A stretch of 64,000 bases of DNA. Source: the human T2T-CHM13v2.0 reference genome, Homo sapiens. Where the stretch lies: positions 3,936,001 to 4,000,000 of the forward strand of contig CP086569.2 of NCBI GenBank assembly GCA_009914755.4, written 5' to 3'. Made by a program: the position numbers and the translations under genes. Shown in pieces: positions 13,069-24,911 of this stretch (position 1 is the stretch's first letter; each line of letters starts with the position of its first letter). Below the pieces are notes generated by a model. It was given only the letters and a program-made list of their open reading frames with translations. It searched no databases and had not been told where the DNA came from.

Positions 13069-15526
13069 TGTTTTACTTCATTCTCACACTGCTATAAAGA
13101 AATACCTGCAACTGCATAATTTATAAAGAAAAGAAGTTTAACTGCCTCATGGTTCTACAGGCTGTACAGGAAGCATAGCAGCTTCTGCTTCTGGGGATGC
13201 CTCAGGAAACTTACAATTATCGGGGAAGGTGAAAGGGAAGCAGGTACATTTTACATGGCCTGAGCAGGAGAAAGAGAGAGAGAAGTGGGAGGTACTACAC
13301 ACTTTTAAACAACCAGATATCATGATAACTCACTCACTCACTATCACGAGAACAGCACTGATGGAATGGTTCTAACCCATTTATGAGAACGCTACCCCCA
13401 TAATCCAATCACTCCCCCCAAACCCCACTTCCAACATTGGTGATTATGATTCAACATGAGATGTGGGTGGGAACAAAGATCCAAACTATATCAATCCACC
13501 CCCAGCCCCTCCCAAATTTTATGTCCCTCTCACATTTCAAAATACAGTAATGCCTTCCCAACAGTCCACCAAAGTCTTACCTCATTCCAGCATTAACTCC
13601 GAAGTCCAAAATCAAAGGTCTCATCTGAGACAAGGCAAGTCTCTTCTACCCATAAGCCTGTAAAGTAGAAAAAAGTTAGTTACTTTCAAGATACAATGGG
13701 ATAAATACTTTCAATCTAAATGACAGACATTCTTGGCCAGTAGAAAGAAGCTACAGGCCCCATGCAAGTCTGAAAACCAGCAGAGCAGTCATTAAACTTT
13801 ACAGCTCCAAAATAATATCTTTTTATTTCATGTCCCACATCCAGGGCACACAGATGCAATGCTTGGGTTTCCAAGGCCTTGGTCAGTTCTGACCCTGTGG
13901 CTTTGAAGGGATCAGCACCCTCAGCAGCTCTCATGGTCTGGATTGAGTGCATTTAGATTTTCCAAGCACAATGTTCAGTCTTCCAGTGGATCTACAATAC
14001 CAGGTTCTGGAAGATGGTGGCCTTCTTCTCAGAGCTCCACTATTCAGTGCCCCAGTGGTGGCTCCATGTGGAGGCTCCATCTCCAAATTTCCTTTCCACA
14101 CTGCCCTAGTAGAGGTTTTCCATAAAGGGTCTTCCCCTGCAGACCAGGACAACCAGGCTTTTCCATACATCCTCTGAAATCTAGGCAGAGGCTCTCAACA
14201 TTCAACTCTTGCACTTTGCTCACCTGCAGGCTTAACTCCATGTGGAAGCTGCCAAAGCTTATGGCTTGCACCCTCTGAAGCAACAGTTCAAGCTGTACCT
14301 GGGCCCTATTGAGCCATGGCTGGAGATAGAGTGGCTGGGACGCAGGAAGCAGTGTCCCAAGGATATGCGGTGTGGTGGGGTCCTGGTCTTGGCTCACAAA
14401 AACATTCTTCTCTGCTAGGTCTCTGGGCCTGTGATGGGATAGGCTACCGGGAAAGTCTCTGAAATGTTTTTGAGGCCTCCTCATTGTCTTGGTTATTAAC
14501 ATTTGGATTCTTTTTACTTATGCAAATTTTTACAGCCTGCTTGAATTCCTTCCCTAAAAAAATGGGCTTTTCTTTTCTACCAGATGGCCAGGCTGCACAT
14601 CTTCTAAACTTTAATGCTCTACTTCCCTTTTAAATGTTAGTTCGAGTTTTAGGTCTTTGCTTTCCTCACACATATGAACATAGGTTGTTAGAGGCAGCCA
14701 GGCCACATCTTGAACACTGCGATGCTTAGAAACTCCTTCCTCCAGATAACCCTAAATCATTACTCTCAAGCACAAAGTTCCACAGATCCCTAGAGCGGAG
14801 CCACAATGCTGCCAGGTTATTTGGTAACACATAACAAAAATTACCTTTGTTTTTATTCCCAATATCTTCTTCATCTCCATCTGAGACTTCATCACCTTGG
14901 ACTTTATTGTCCATATCTTTATCAGCATTTTGGTTGCAACCACTTAACCAGCCTCTAGGGAGTTTTAAATTTTCTCTCATCCTCCTATCTTCTTCTGAGC
15001 TCTCCCAGCTCTCACAACCTCTGCTCATTACCTAGTTCCAAAGCTCCTTCCACATTTTCAGTTATCTTTGTAGCAATGCCCCAATTCTTGGTACAAATTT
15101 TTAGTATTAGTTTTTTCTCACACCGCAATAAAGAAATACCTGAAGCTGGATAATTTATAAACAGAAGAGTTTAATTGGCTCATAGTTCTGCAGGCTGTAC
15201 AGGATGCATAGTGGCTTCCGGTACTGAGAAGGTCTCAGAAACTTACAATCATGGCAGAAGGTGAAGGGGAAGCAGGCATGTCTTACATGGCCAGAGTAGG
15301 AGGAAGAGAGATAGATGGGGATGGTGCTACACATTTTTAAACAACCAGATCTCATGATAATTCACTCACTCACTATTATGAGAACAGCACTGAGGGGCTG
15401 AAGCTAACCCATTAATGAAAACTTAGCTCTCATTAGCCAATTACCTTCCACTAGGCCCCACCTCCAACATTGGGGGTTACAATTTGTCATGAGATTTGGG
15501 TTGGAACACAGATCCAAACCATATTA
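13069..15526 (-). mobile_element. Full-length ERVL-MaLR element (THE1/MST-class): LTR, internal region, LTR; minus orientation, nested in L1 ORF2
   Basis: Two direct repeats of about 425 bp (13069-13493 and 15103-15526). Each is the reverse complement of the THE1/MST LTR consensus: rc start 'tgatatagtttggatctttgttcccacccacatctcatgttgaatc', rc end '...agcagtgtgagaatgaagtaaaaca'. They bound about 1.6 kb of non-coding internal sequence. The reverse complement of this internal sequence is homologous to the plus-strand MaLR fragment at 59847-60514. Overall length is about 2.45 kb, matching the THE1 architecture. Confidence 0.88.
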
Positions 15527-16000
15527 TATTATTTACAGAAAAAAATTAAAATTTCTAAAATTTGTTGAGAACTGTGATAGACTCCAAATATGCAAGACAA
15601 TTTCAAGAAAGAAAAAAAAAATTGAGAGCATCACAATTCCTAATTTAATATAACACTCCAAAGCTATAGTAATCAAAACAGTGTAGTACTTGCATAAGAA
15701 CAGACACAGACTAATGGAACAGAATAGAGAGCCTGGAAATAAAATATACACAGTCAATTAATTTTTGAAAAAGGCACCAAGAGGATGCAATGAGGAAAGA
15801 ATAGTCTCTTCAATAGATGGTACTAGGAAAAATGGATTTTCAAACTCCAAAGAATGAAACTGAACCCTTGTAACATACACAAAAATCTACTAAAAATGAC
15901 ACAAATATAAGAAACTATAAAACTCCTAGAAGAGAACATAGAGAAACAGCTCCTGTACATTGGCCCTTGGTAATGATTTTCTATTTATTACAGAACAATC
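15527..16000 (+). mobile_element. L1 ORF2 fragment, continuation of the copy at 11798-13068 downstream of the MaLR insertion
   Basis: The L1 coordinate resumes where it stopped at 13068: '...ttacagaaaaaaattaaaatttct...gagagcatcacaattcctaatttaatataacactccaaagctatagtaatcaaaacag...ggaacagaatagagagcctggaaataa'. Confidence 0.85.
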
Positions 16001-16059
16001 TCAGGCCACAAAAGCAAGAACTGTACCGTTAGTTTTAATGCTGAAGTCTTACATAATGA

Positions 16060-16250
16060 TTAAACATGCAACCTTCAGAGTCAGACTAAAGTAAGTTTAA
16101 ATAGCCACACTATGCTTTGGTTTTCCTGTATGTAAAATGGGAAGAATAGCAGTATTTCCTCATAAAATTGTGATCAGAAGGAAATAAAATAATTCATGTT
16201 TAGTCTACAGAACAGTTACTAACACATAATAAAACAAAAGCTTTTTTTTT
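16060..16250 (+). mobile_element. MIR (mammalian-wide interspersed repeat) fragment
   Basis: 'ttttcctgtatgtaaaatgggaagaatagcagtatttcctcataaaattgtgatcag...aataaaac' compared with MIR core 'tttcctcatctgtaaaatggggataataatagtacctacctcatagggttgttgtgagg'. Confidence 0.6.
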
Positions 16251-16347
16251 CTAAAAATTAATCCATTTTTGAATATTTCACCATGATAATTGATAACTAA
16301 ATTTATACCTATTATAATACTTCTATTAGTACATTTCACTTTCTCTC

Positions 16348-16778
16348 TGTCAGGCCTCTGAGCCCAAGCCAAGCCATCGCATCCCCTGTGACTTGCACAT
16401 ATACATCCAGATGGCCTGAAGTAACTGAAGATCCACAAAAGAAGTAAAAATAGCCTTAACTGATGACATTCCACCATTGTGATTTGTTTCTGCCCCACCC
16501 TAACTGATCAATGCACTTTGTAATCTCCCTCACCCTTAAGAAGGTTCTTTGTAATTCTCCCCACCCTTGGGAATGTACTTTGTGAGATCCACCCTTACCC
16601 GTAAAACATTGCTCTTAACTTTATCGCCTATCCCAAAACCTATAAGAACTAATGATAATCCACCACCCTTTGCTGACTCTCTTTTCGGACTCAGCCCGCC
16701 TGCACCCAGGTGAAATAAACAGCCATGGTGCTCACACAAAGCCTGTTTGGTGGTCTCTTCACACGGACGCGCATGAAA
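16348..16778 (+). mobile_element. Solo LTR, HERV-H LTR7-family (copy 1)
   Basis: Starts 'tgtcaggcctctgagcccaagc[c/t]aagccatc[g/a][c/t]atcccctgtgac' and ends '...ggtgaaataaacagcc...gctcacacaaagcctgtttggtggtctcttcacacggacgcgcatgaaa'. Carries an AATAAA signal and 'cccacccttaagaaggttctttgtaat' motifs. Length about 430 bp. No PBS or internal region follows. Confidence 0.7.
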
Positions 16779-17021
16779 CTCACTGAATAAAATGTTTTGA
16801 GAAAAATACTTAGTTTTCATGCCTATATAACTATCTTTTGCTTTGCCACAGTATCATACACAAAAAGGTACTCCATGAGTGCTTATTAAATGTATAAAAG
16901 TCAGAATGAAGTAATGTACATTTGTGGATATTAATTATCTTCGCTGCTTTTTACCTTGATTATAATTTTTATTCTAAGGCTTCATACTTTATGTGTTTTT
17001 AATTGCATTAAAAATTGAGCA

Positions 17022-18400
17022 AAGGACATTAACAGACACATTTCAAAAGAAAACATACAAACGGCCAACAAGCATATGAAAAAATGCTCAACATCACTAA
17101 TTATTAGAGAAATGCTAATCAAAATCAAAATGAGATACCATCTCACATCACCCAGCATGGCTATTATTAAAAAGTCAAAAAATAGTAGATGCTGGTGAGG
17201 TTGCAGAGAAAAAGGAATGCTTACACACTGCTGGTAGGAATGTAAATTGGTATAGTCATTTAGAAAAGCAGTTTGGCCATTTTTCAAAAAACTTAAAACA
17301 TAATTAACATTCAACCCAGTATTTCCATTATTAGGTATACCCAAAGAAATATAAATTCTTCCAACATAAAGACACATGCATGCATGTGTTCATCACAGCA
17401 CTATTTACAATAGCAAAGACAGGGAATCAACCTATATGCCCATCAGTGGGAGACTGGATAAAGAAAATGTGGTTTATATATACCATGGAATACTATGCAG
17501 CCATTAAAAAGAATGAGAACATGTGTTTTGCAGCAACACGGATGGAGCTGGAGGCCATTATCCTAAGCAAACTAACATAGGAACAGAAAAGTAAATACTG
17601 CATTTTCTCACTTATAAGTAGGAGCTAAACATTGAGTATGTTAGGGACAAACTGCCCTAAGAAAGCTTCTTGGTGCTGCCCACCCCTCCACCTAACGCTC
17701 TGCAACTCTTCTCCTTGCCGCCCACCCTTCCCCCAAGCTTCTTTACATTTCTCAGCCCTTAAGCGGTGAAACCAGCAGACTTCACTTATCAGACCTTGCT
17801 GCGATAAGCAAACCCCAATACAAACCATTCCTACAGCACAGGGGGAGGTCGTGGGAAGCATAAACAAACTTTACCTACACCTCCTTGTAAGTTCCTGTTC
17901 TTCATCTAGCTGCTACCATAAACGTCACAAGGTGATATGTGACAAAATTAACCAGCAAACAACCCCGGGATGCGGCCATACCAAAGAACTCCCTCAAACG
18001 ACCCTCCCCAGTGTAAACCCCTCATTCTGTAAGCTTGGGGCTTCTTCCTCTCTGACTGTTAAGGGGGCAGCCAGCAGGTTAATAAAACTTGCTTGCCTGA
18101 CTTCGGGTCTATTTTTAGTTTCTCTCAGCTAACCTTACAGAGGCATATGGACACAAAGAAAGGAAAAACAGACATTGGGGCCTACTTGAGGGTGGAGGGT
18201 AATAGGAGGGTGAGGATTGAAAAACTACCTATTGGGTACTAGCTTATTACCTGGGTAATGAAATAATCTGTACACCAGACCTCTGTGACACAAAATGTAC
18301 CTATATAACAAACCAAAATAAAATTAAATAAGTGTAATAAATAAGTGAAATAAAAGTTAAATAAGTACAAGTTAAAACAATAAAGAAAATCAAGGACTTA
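17022..18400 (+). mobile_element. L1 LINE 3' end (ORF2 C-terminal region plus 3' UTR plus A-rich tail) of an older L1PA/L1PB-type copy, split by an LTR insertion at 17641-18139
   Basis: 17022-17640: 'catacaaacggccaacaagcatatgaaaaaatgctcaacatcactaat...caaaatgagataccatctcac...tttccattattaggtatacccaaag...atggaatactatgcagccattaaaaagaatgag'. 18140-18345: 'acatggacacaaag...gggtggagggtaataggagggtgaggattgaaaaactacctattgggtactagcttattacctgggtaatgaaataatctgtacacc' (3' UTR), then an A-rich tail. Confidence 0.88.
17641..18139 (+). mobile_element. Unclassified solo LTR-like insertion (about 500 bp) inside the L1 3' end
   Basis: The L1 coordinate is continuous across its two flanks. The insert carries 'ttaataaaacttgcttgcctgacttcgggtc' (a poly-A signal in an R/U5-like context) near its 3' end. 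I cannot assign a family by eye. Confidence 0.5.
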
Positions 18401-18724
18401 GTAGAAAAGAAAATTTCCATTTAGATGTGCTTTTTGAGTGACAAATAGATACCTCTGTCACAAACCTGGAGTTAAGGGCAGATAGGAAAGAAAGAGAAAA
18501 ACATAAAGATAAGTTTCTTTATTTTATCTCAAGAGTAATGGATCTGGAAATACCAAATATTATATTTTTCAATGTGACTTTATAAGCAATTTCTAAAACT
18601 TAAAAAAGAATCCCCTCCTCTATTCAAGATCCAGCTTGGGTAGTATCTACAGCTGAGTTTCTGCAAATGTAGTCCCTGGATCCCTGGAGAAGCTAAGGAC
18701 TTTTAAGCGTCTGTGAAGTCAATG

Positions 18725-19700
18725 TTGCTCTCACAATAATACGAAGTTGTTATTTCTCTTTTCTATTGTATCAACATCTGCACTACTTAAGTTTGTTTTT
18801 GTATTGGCTGGTAATTGTTTTCCTTTCCATAATTAGTGCTCCTTTCAATATATCTTGTATAGTGGGTCTGGTGGTAACAAACAAGGTCAGCATTTGCTTG
18901 TCATAAAAGTATCTTATATCTCCTTCACTCAGAAAGCTTTGTTTGGCTGGATATGAAATTCTTGGTTGAAAATTTTTTTCTATAAGCGTGTTGAATATAG
19001 GCTCCCACTCTCTTCTGGCTTGTAAGGTTTCTGCTGAGAGGTCTGCTGTTAGCCTGATGTGATTCCCTTCATTGGAGACCTGCCCTTTCTCCCTAGCTTC
19101 CCCTAATATTTTTTCTTTCATTTCAACATTTGAACATCTAATGGTTATGTGTCTTAGGGATGATCTTCTTGTGTAGAATCTTGCAGAGGTTCTCTGTATT
19201 TTCTGAATTTAATTGTCAGCCTCTCTATTGAGGTTGGGGAAGTTTTCATGGATGATGCCCTGAAATACATTTACCAAGTTGTTGGCTTTCTCCCTTTTAC
19301 TTTCAGGAATGTCAATGATTTGTAGATTTGGCCTATTTACATAATCCCATATTTCTTGGAGGTTTTATTCATTCCTTTTCATTTTTTTCTTTATTTTTGT
19401 CTTACTGCCTTATTTCAGACAGCTACTCTTCAAGTTCTAAGACTCTTTCCTCAGCTCAGTCTATTCTGCTGTTAATACCTGTCATTGCATTGTGAAATTC
19501 TTGCAGTGTGTTTTTCAGCTCCATCAGATGAGTTAGTTTATTTTTTATGCTGGCTATGTCATCTGTCAGCACCTGTATTATTTTATTGTGATTCTTAGTT
19601 TCCTTGAATTGGGTTGTGTCATTCTCCTGAATCTCAATGATCTTCATTTCTATTCATATTCTGAATTCTACTTCTGTCATTTCATCCAATTCAGCCTGGT
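18725..19700 (-). mobile_element. L1 LINE fragment: ORF1 3' half plus start of inter-ORF spacer, antisense
   Basis: Minus-strand ORFs 18783-19121 ('...RLTADLSAETLQARREWEPIFNTLIEKNFQPRISYPAKQSFLSEGDIRYFYDKQMLTLFVTTRP...') and 19456-19647 ('...MELKNTLQEFHNAMTGINSRID') are recognisable L1 ORF1p coiled-coil and C-terminal sequence. Confidence 0.88.
18783..19121 (-). pseudogene. L1 ORF1p C-terminal remnant (part of the L1 fragment)
   Basis: 112-aa ORF matching the L1 ORF1p C-terminal domain (TADLSAETLQARREW...NFQPRISYPAKLSF..DKQML..FVTTRP). Not an independent gene. Confidence 0.85.
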
Positions 19701-19702
19701 TA

Positions 19703-19776
19703 AAAAGACCAGTGTATTAGTCAGGGTTTGTTAGAGTGATAGAATTAATAGGATAGATTTATATATAAAGGGGAGT
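19703..19776 (-). mobile_element. Truncated 3' LTR remnant of the ERV-L (MLT2-type terminal about 75 bp)
   Basis: 'tgtattagtcagggtttgttagagtgatagaattaataggatagatttatatataaaggggagtttat' matches the terminal segment of the MLT2 LTRs at 24912 and 25913. It is followed immediately by the dUTPase stop codon region. Confidence 0.7.
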
Positions 19777-20298
19777 TTATATCACAGGGCATGGTAATAA
19801 GAAGAGGCACTCTAATGAATCTCCTGTATTCCATGCATAATCTTTCTTACCTCTGTTGCAGAGTAGTAGACTGATAGAATCTTGATAGTCTGAGTCAATC
19901 ATCCCAGCCAACACTGTACCTCCCTTCTTAGGCTGTTGGTGTAAAGGTAGGAGAAGTGCAAAGTGTCCAGGTGGCAATCTTAATTTCCAGTTTAATTGAA
20001 TCATTGCTATGTTTCCTGGTGGCAGCATTCCTCCCTCTGAAACTAAGACCTCTAGGCCAGCAGAACATAATGTCACAGAAACAGGAAGCAAATATGTTGT
20101 TAGTGGGTCACTAGGGGTGATGGTGAGTGTTGCCACTTCCAATTCCACCCCTTGATTCCTGGACCCATGATTCCTGGCTATGGGAGAAACAGTACCATAT
20201 ATTGGATGCTGATTCAGAGCAAACACAGCCTTCTGGAGAACCTTGTCCCAGCCATGCAAAGTATTATAACCTAATTGGCATTTTAGTTGTGACTTCAA
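19777..20298 (-). pseudogene. ERV-L pol C-terminal dUTPase domain remnant
   Basis: 173-aa ORF with dUTPase motifs: 'SAGLEVLVSEGGMLPPGNIAMIQLNWKLRLPPGHFALLLP' (motifs 1-2 region) and 'GGTVLAGMIDSDYQDSISLLLCNRGKKDYAWNTGD' (GxIDxDYxGE motif). Confidence 0.8.
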
Positions 20299-20315
20299 AA
20301 GGCCATTCCATCATT

Positions 20316-20699
20316 CTATCCATCCAGCTGCTTCAGGATGATGGGGAACATGGTAAGACCAGTGAATTCCATGAGCATGAGCCCGCTGCCACATGTTTTT
20401 AGATGTAAAGTGAGTGCCTTGGTCAGAGGCAATGCTGTGTGGAATACCATGATGGTGGATAAGTCATTCCATGAGTCCACAGATGGTAGTCTTGGCAGAA
20501 GTATTGTGTGTAGGATAGACAAACCTACATCCAGAATAAGTGTATATTCCAGTGAGGACAAACCTCTCTGCCCTTTCCATAATGGAAGAGGCCCAGTATA
20601 ATCAACCTGCCACCAGATAACTGGCTGAACACCCTGAGGACTAGGGCCATATTGAGGGCTCAGTGTTCGTCTCTGCTGCGGCAAATTGGGTGTGGACAT
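20316..20699 (-). pseudogene. ERV-L pol integrase catalytic-core remnant
   Basis: 127-aa ORF containing 'VIWWQVDYTGPLPLWKGQR' (the first D of the DDE core in the W-Q-x-D-F/Y-T context). Confidence 0.7.
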
Positions 20700-22212
20700 A
20701 GCCAGGTCAGCCTGGGTGACTGGAAATCCATGTTGCTCAGCTCATGCATAACCTCCATCCCTGCCGCAATGGCTACTTTGTTCATCAGACCGTTGAGTGA
20801 TGACGATGACAGGAGAAGCTGGAAAAAGAGGCTGAGTAGTGTCTACAGAACAGGTCATCCTATCCACTTGATTATTAAAATCTCTTCTGCTAAGGTCACG
20901 CATTGGTGAGCACTCACATGGGATACAAATATCATCCCCTTTTTTTTGGCCACTCAGAAAAGTCTATCCACATACCTCTTCCCCAAATTTCTTTGTCACC
21001 AATTATCCAATCATGTTTCTTCCAAGTCCCTGATCATCCAGCCAAGCCATTGGCTACAGCCCATGAAACAGTATATAATTGCACATCTAGTTATTTTTCC
21101 TTCCATAAAAAGTGCACAACCAGATGCACTACTCAAAGTTCTGCCCACTGGGAAGATTTCCCTTCACCACTTTCTTTCAGGGATGTCCTGAAAGGGACTG
21201 TAGTGCTGCAGCTGTGCACTTGTGGGTGGTACCTGCATATCATGCAGAACCATCTGTGAACCAGACCTTAGATTTCTCTCTCTCTCTGTCAAGTGATCAT
21301 AGGAAACTCTCCATGAGGCCATTGGTGCAGGCTGAGGGAAAGAAGGTAGGGTGGCAGGAAAATAATGGGCATTTGAGCCACTTCCTCGTGTAACTTACTT
21401 GTGCCTTAAGGACCTGCTCAAGCCCGATCACGTATATACTACTTCCATTTGATGATGGAATGCTGCTGTGCATGAACGACTCTATGGCAAGATGGGTCAG
21501 AAAGCACCCAGGTCATGATAGGCAGTTCAGGCTGCATGGTGACTTTACTCTTGGTCAAACATTCAGTTTCCACCAAAGCCCAGTAACAGGCCAAGAGTTG
21601 TCTCTCAAAAGGAGAGTAGTTATCTGAAGAAGATGGCAGGGCCTTGCTTCAAAATCCTACAGGCCTCTGCTGTGATTCACCTATGGGGACCTGCCAGAGG
21701 CTCCAAACAGCATCCCTATTTGCCACTGAGACCTCAAGCACCATTGAGTCTGCTGGGTCATATGGCCCAAGTGGCAGAGCAGCTTGCACAGAAGCCTGGA
21801 CCTGTTGCTGAGCCTTCTTCTAGTTCTGGACCCCACTGAAATCTGGCACCCTTTCAGGTAACTCAATAAATGGGCTGGAGTAACACACACCCAAATGAGG
21901 AATGTGTTGCCTCCAAAATCCAAATAGGCCCACTAAGCATTGTGCCTCTTTCTTGGTTGTAGGAGGGGCCAAATGCAGCAACTTATCCTTCACCTTGGAA
22001 GGAATATCTTGACAGGCCCCACACCACTGGACCCTTAGAAATTTTATCGAGGTAGAAGATACCTGAATTTTAGTCAGGCTTATTACCTATCCACTGGCAT
22101 GCAAATGTCTCACCAATAAGTCCAGTATGTTTGCTACTTCTTGCTCACTGGATCCAATCAGTGTAATGTCATCAATGTAATGAACGAGTGTGATACCTTG
22201 TGGAAGGGAAAA

Positions 22213-22710
22213 TCAATTAAGGTCACTCCAAACAAGATTATGACACAAAGCCAGAGAGTTGATATACTCCTGAGGTAGGACAGTAAAGTTATATTGCTGG
22301 CCTTGCCAGCTGAAGACAGATTGCTTCTGGTGGGCCTTATGGACAAGAATGGACACGAGGACGTTAGTCAAGCCAATGACTTCATACCAGGTACCAGGAG
22401 ATGTGTTTATTTGTGCAAGCAATGAAACCACATCTTCTACAGCAGATGCAATTGAAGTCACCATTTAGTTAAGTGTACAATAATCCACTGTCATTCTCCA
22501 AGATCCAACTGTCTTCTACACAGACTGAATGGAAGAGTTGAAAGGGTATGTGGTGGGAATAACCACCCCTGCATCTCTCAAGTCCTTGATTGCAGCACTA
22601 ATCTCTGCAATCCCTCCAGGGATGCAATATTGTTTTTTATTTACTTTTTTTTTAGGAAGTGGCAGCTCTAATGGCTTCCATTTGGCCTTTTCCACCATAA
22701 TAGCCCTCAT
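22213..22710 (-). pseudogene. ERV-L pol reverse-transcriptase remnant (frameshifted)
   Basis: ORF 22516-22710 contains 'IKDLRDAGVVIPTTYPFNSSIQSV' (RT fingers). ORF 22213-22464 contains 'QYNFTVLPQEYINSLALCHNLV' (degenerate LPQG..NSP palm motif) and 'WYEVIGLTNVLV' (degenerate YxDD region). Confidence 0.75.
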
Positions 22711-22837
22711 CCTACCAACCAGGCAGCAAATGTGGAGGGTTCTGCCAGCTGCTAAGTATGTCTATGCCAATGATGTATTCTGGCACTAGGGAAATGACTA
22801 TAGTATGAGTCCAAGGATCCAATGGACCCACTGTAAG

Positions 22838-23155
22838 TCAAACCTGAGCTAAACCTCCACTAATTACCTGACCTCCATCAGCCCCTACTTTAACTGGAGA
22901 ACCGCAATGCTGTTTTATGTCCCTTAAAATCAATGGCAGTTCAGAGCCAGTGTCCAGTAGTCCCCAAAATGTCTGATTATTTCCCTTTCCCAATACACAG
23001 TGACTGATCCTGGTAAAAGGCCAGAGGTCTCCTTGGGGAAGGATGAGAGAAAGATTAATAGCATAAATTGTTGGTAGTGTAGTGAGTTCCTCCCTCAACA
23101 AGGGGACCTGGCCTCTCTTCCATTCAAGGGATTCTGGGTCTGTAAACTGACTCAC
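22838..23155 (-). pseudogene. ERV-L protease remnant
   Basis: ORF with 'GLLDTGSELPLILRD' (retroviral aspartic protease D-T/S-G active site) and 'GADGG' downstream. Confidence 0.75.
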
Positions 23156-24225
23156 CTGAAAATTGATTGAGGGGCTGTGACTCTCAGCTTTTATAATTCA
23201 AATTAGTATTTTGTCCACTTGACCTGGAAGTTTCCTGCTTACATAAATTAAGTAGGGATGCAATCGTCTTCCTATGAATTTCACTTCTACAGAAACTGTG
23301 ATTAATTAGACAATGCCAGAGCTCTATATGAGTCAAACTATTCTGATTTCTGCTTTGCCCCTGCTGTCTATTATGGTGGCTATGCCCATCTGGCCTTTGA
23401 TGGTTGAGCATCCCCACTTGTCCCCTGCCACCTTAGTATCCAATTATTCCCATTGCATTTAAATTTTGTAGTTAAGTGACTGTGGTTCCCACTGTTAGAT
23501 CTGTCATACAGAGAAGAGCAATTCATACAGAGCTCTTCAAAGATGCAGGTTCTGCCTTCACAAATCCATTTCACAAAGCATTGTTCAAGGATATATCTTC
23601 TGGACCCTCCCAGCTGGGATGAGTAGGTCTAAAGTGACTAATCCACTCCTCCATCCCAATCTCTACAAGCCTTTTGATCCCTTCCTCTACATTAAACCAA
23701 GGGAGAAAATCTGGCATTTCCAGCTCGCTCACAGTGGACCATCTTTTAATTTATAATTCAGCTAACAAAGCAAATAAACTATTAGAATATTTTTTAACTC
23801 CCTGAGGTGCAACATTAAATGCAGAATCCCTACCTAGTGGGCCCAAATCAAAAAAGTCAGCCTGATTCAACTCTATGTTCCTTCCACCATTATCCCACAC
23901 CCTTAATATCCATTCTCATGCCTGTTATCTAGATTCCTGCTTATACAAATTAGAAAACTCAAGCTGTTCTTTTCAAGTGTAGTGCACCTCCTCGTGGGTC
24001 ACACTCTGACCTCACCTCTATGGGCCCACTGGGACTTCAATCTAGTTATAGGTCTAGAAGCACACAAGGGTGTTCGGGGTGGGTATTGAGGAGAATCAAC
24101 ATTATCTTGCCTCGTAGCTGCCTCAGGAGAGGCCATCACTGTTGCCTCAGTTAGTGCAGGGTTTATCTCCTCAGACAAAGGTGGAAAGGCTGATGGCAGC
24201 ATGGGTCTTGGAGGGGATCTTGCCA

Positions 24226-24867
24226 CTACTGGGGATGGGGAAGCTGTTTCTTCTGGTAAAAAGATTCATCAGAGTTTACAAGCTCAGTGTCCCCAGCTTC
24301 ATCAGGGTCCTCCCACACATCACCTTTCCAAGTTGCGGGGTCCCATTTTTTACAAATCAATGTCCTCACTTTAACAGTAGACACCTGGCAAGGCTGTGCA
24401 TGCACATTTTGTTGCAGGTCAGCCACTTGCATTTTAAGAACCTGTGTCAGATTTTCTACAATTTCAGCTCTTTCTCTACATGAGATAAGACTCTTGCTCA
24501 GGGCAATCTTAGAAGATTTGAGGCTTAGTATGTACTTCTGAAGATGGGAGTTAGAATCCCTGAGTTCAACATTTTTTTTCATCACTTTATCCAGTGGACT
24601 TAGGAGCAACCAACCAACTTTATTATGTTCTTGGGTTCTCCACATATGGTCAAAAGTATTATGTATAGGGTCATTAAACTCCTTGCCTCTCACAAGTGGT
24701 GAATCTGGAGTGTCTAATGTATTTATTTTGCATAATTCTCTAAACAGTTCATGCCAAGGACTATCAGTGTTCTCCACACTATTAAAAGTAGAGTCCTTAG
24801 CATTTTGAAGTCTAATCACATTAAGCAGCCAACTCCAGAAACCCCAAAACCAATGAAAGAACTCCAT
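24226..24867 (-). pseudogene. ERV-L gag-like leader ORF remnant
   Basis: 213-aa ORF immediately downstream (in element sense) of the PBS. Its position and orientation are consistent with ERV-L gag; I see no recognisable domain motif by eye. Confidence 0.5.
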
Positions 24868-24887
24868 CCTTAATATTCTGTTCCTCT

Positions 24888-24911
24888 AGAACCACTCCTG
24901 GTACCAATATC
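24888..24911 (-). other. Primer-binding-site remnant complementary to the tRNA-Leu 3' end
   Basis: The minus strand reads TGGTaCCAGGAGTGGttcTaGAgg, compared with tRNA-Leu(UAA) PBS TGGTgtCAGGAGTGGgatTcGAac. It lies directly downstream of the 5' LTR in element orientation. Confidence 0.65.

Noticed and set aside
13716-14502. Several overlapping ORFs of 60-152 aa on both strands (13716-13952, 13931-14170, 14044-14502 and others).
   Set aside because: They fall in the internal region of the THE1/MST-class MaLR element. That region is known to be non-coding in this family, since MaLRs have no pol. The ORFs overlap each other in different frames and strands, which is typical of a noise signal.
19777-24867. 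Cluster of minus-strand ORFs encoding reverse transcriptase, integrase, aspartic protease and dUTPase, plus a 213-aa upstream ORF. Superficially this looks like an operon-like novel system.
   Set aside because: The domain order, the tRNA-Leu PBS, the flanking MLT2 LTRs and the frameshifts between every domain identify it as a decayed ERV-L provirus in a primate genome. It is not a retron, a defence system or a cellular gene cluster.
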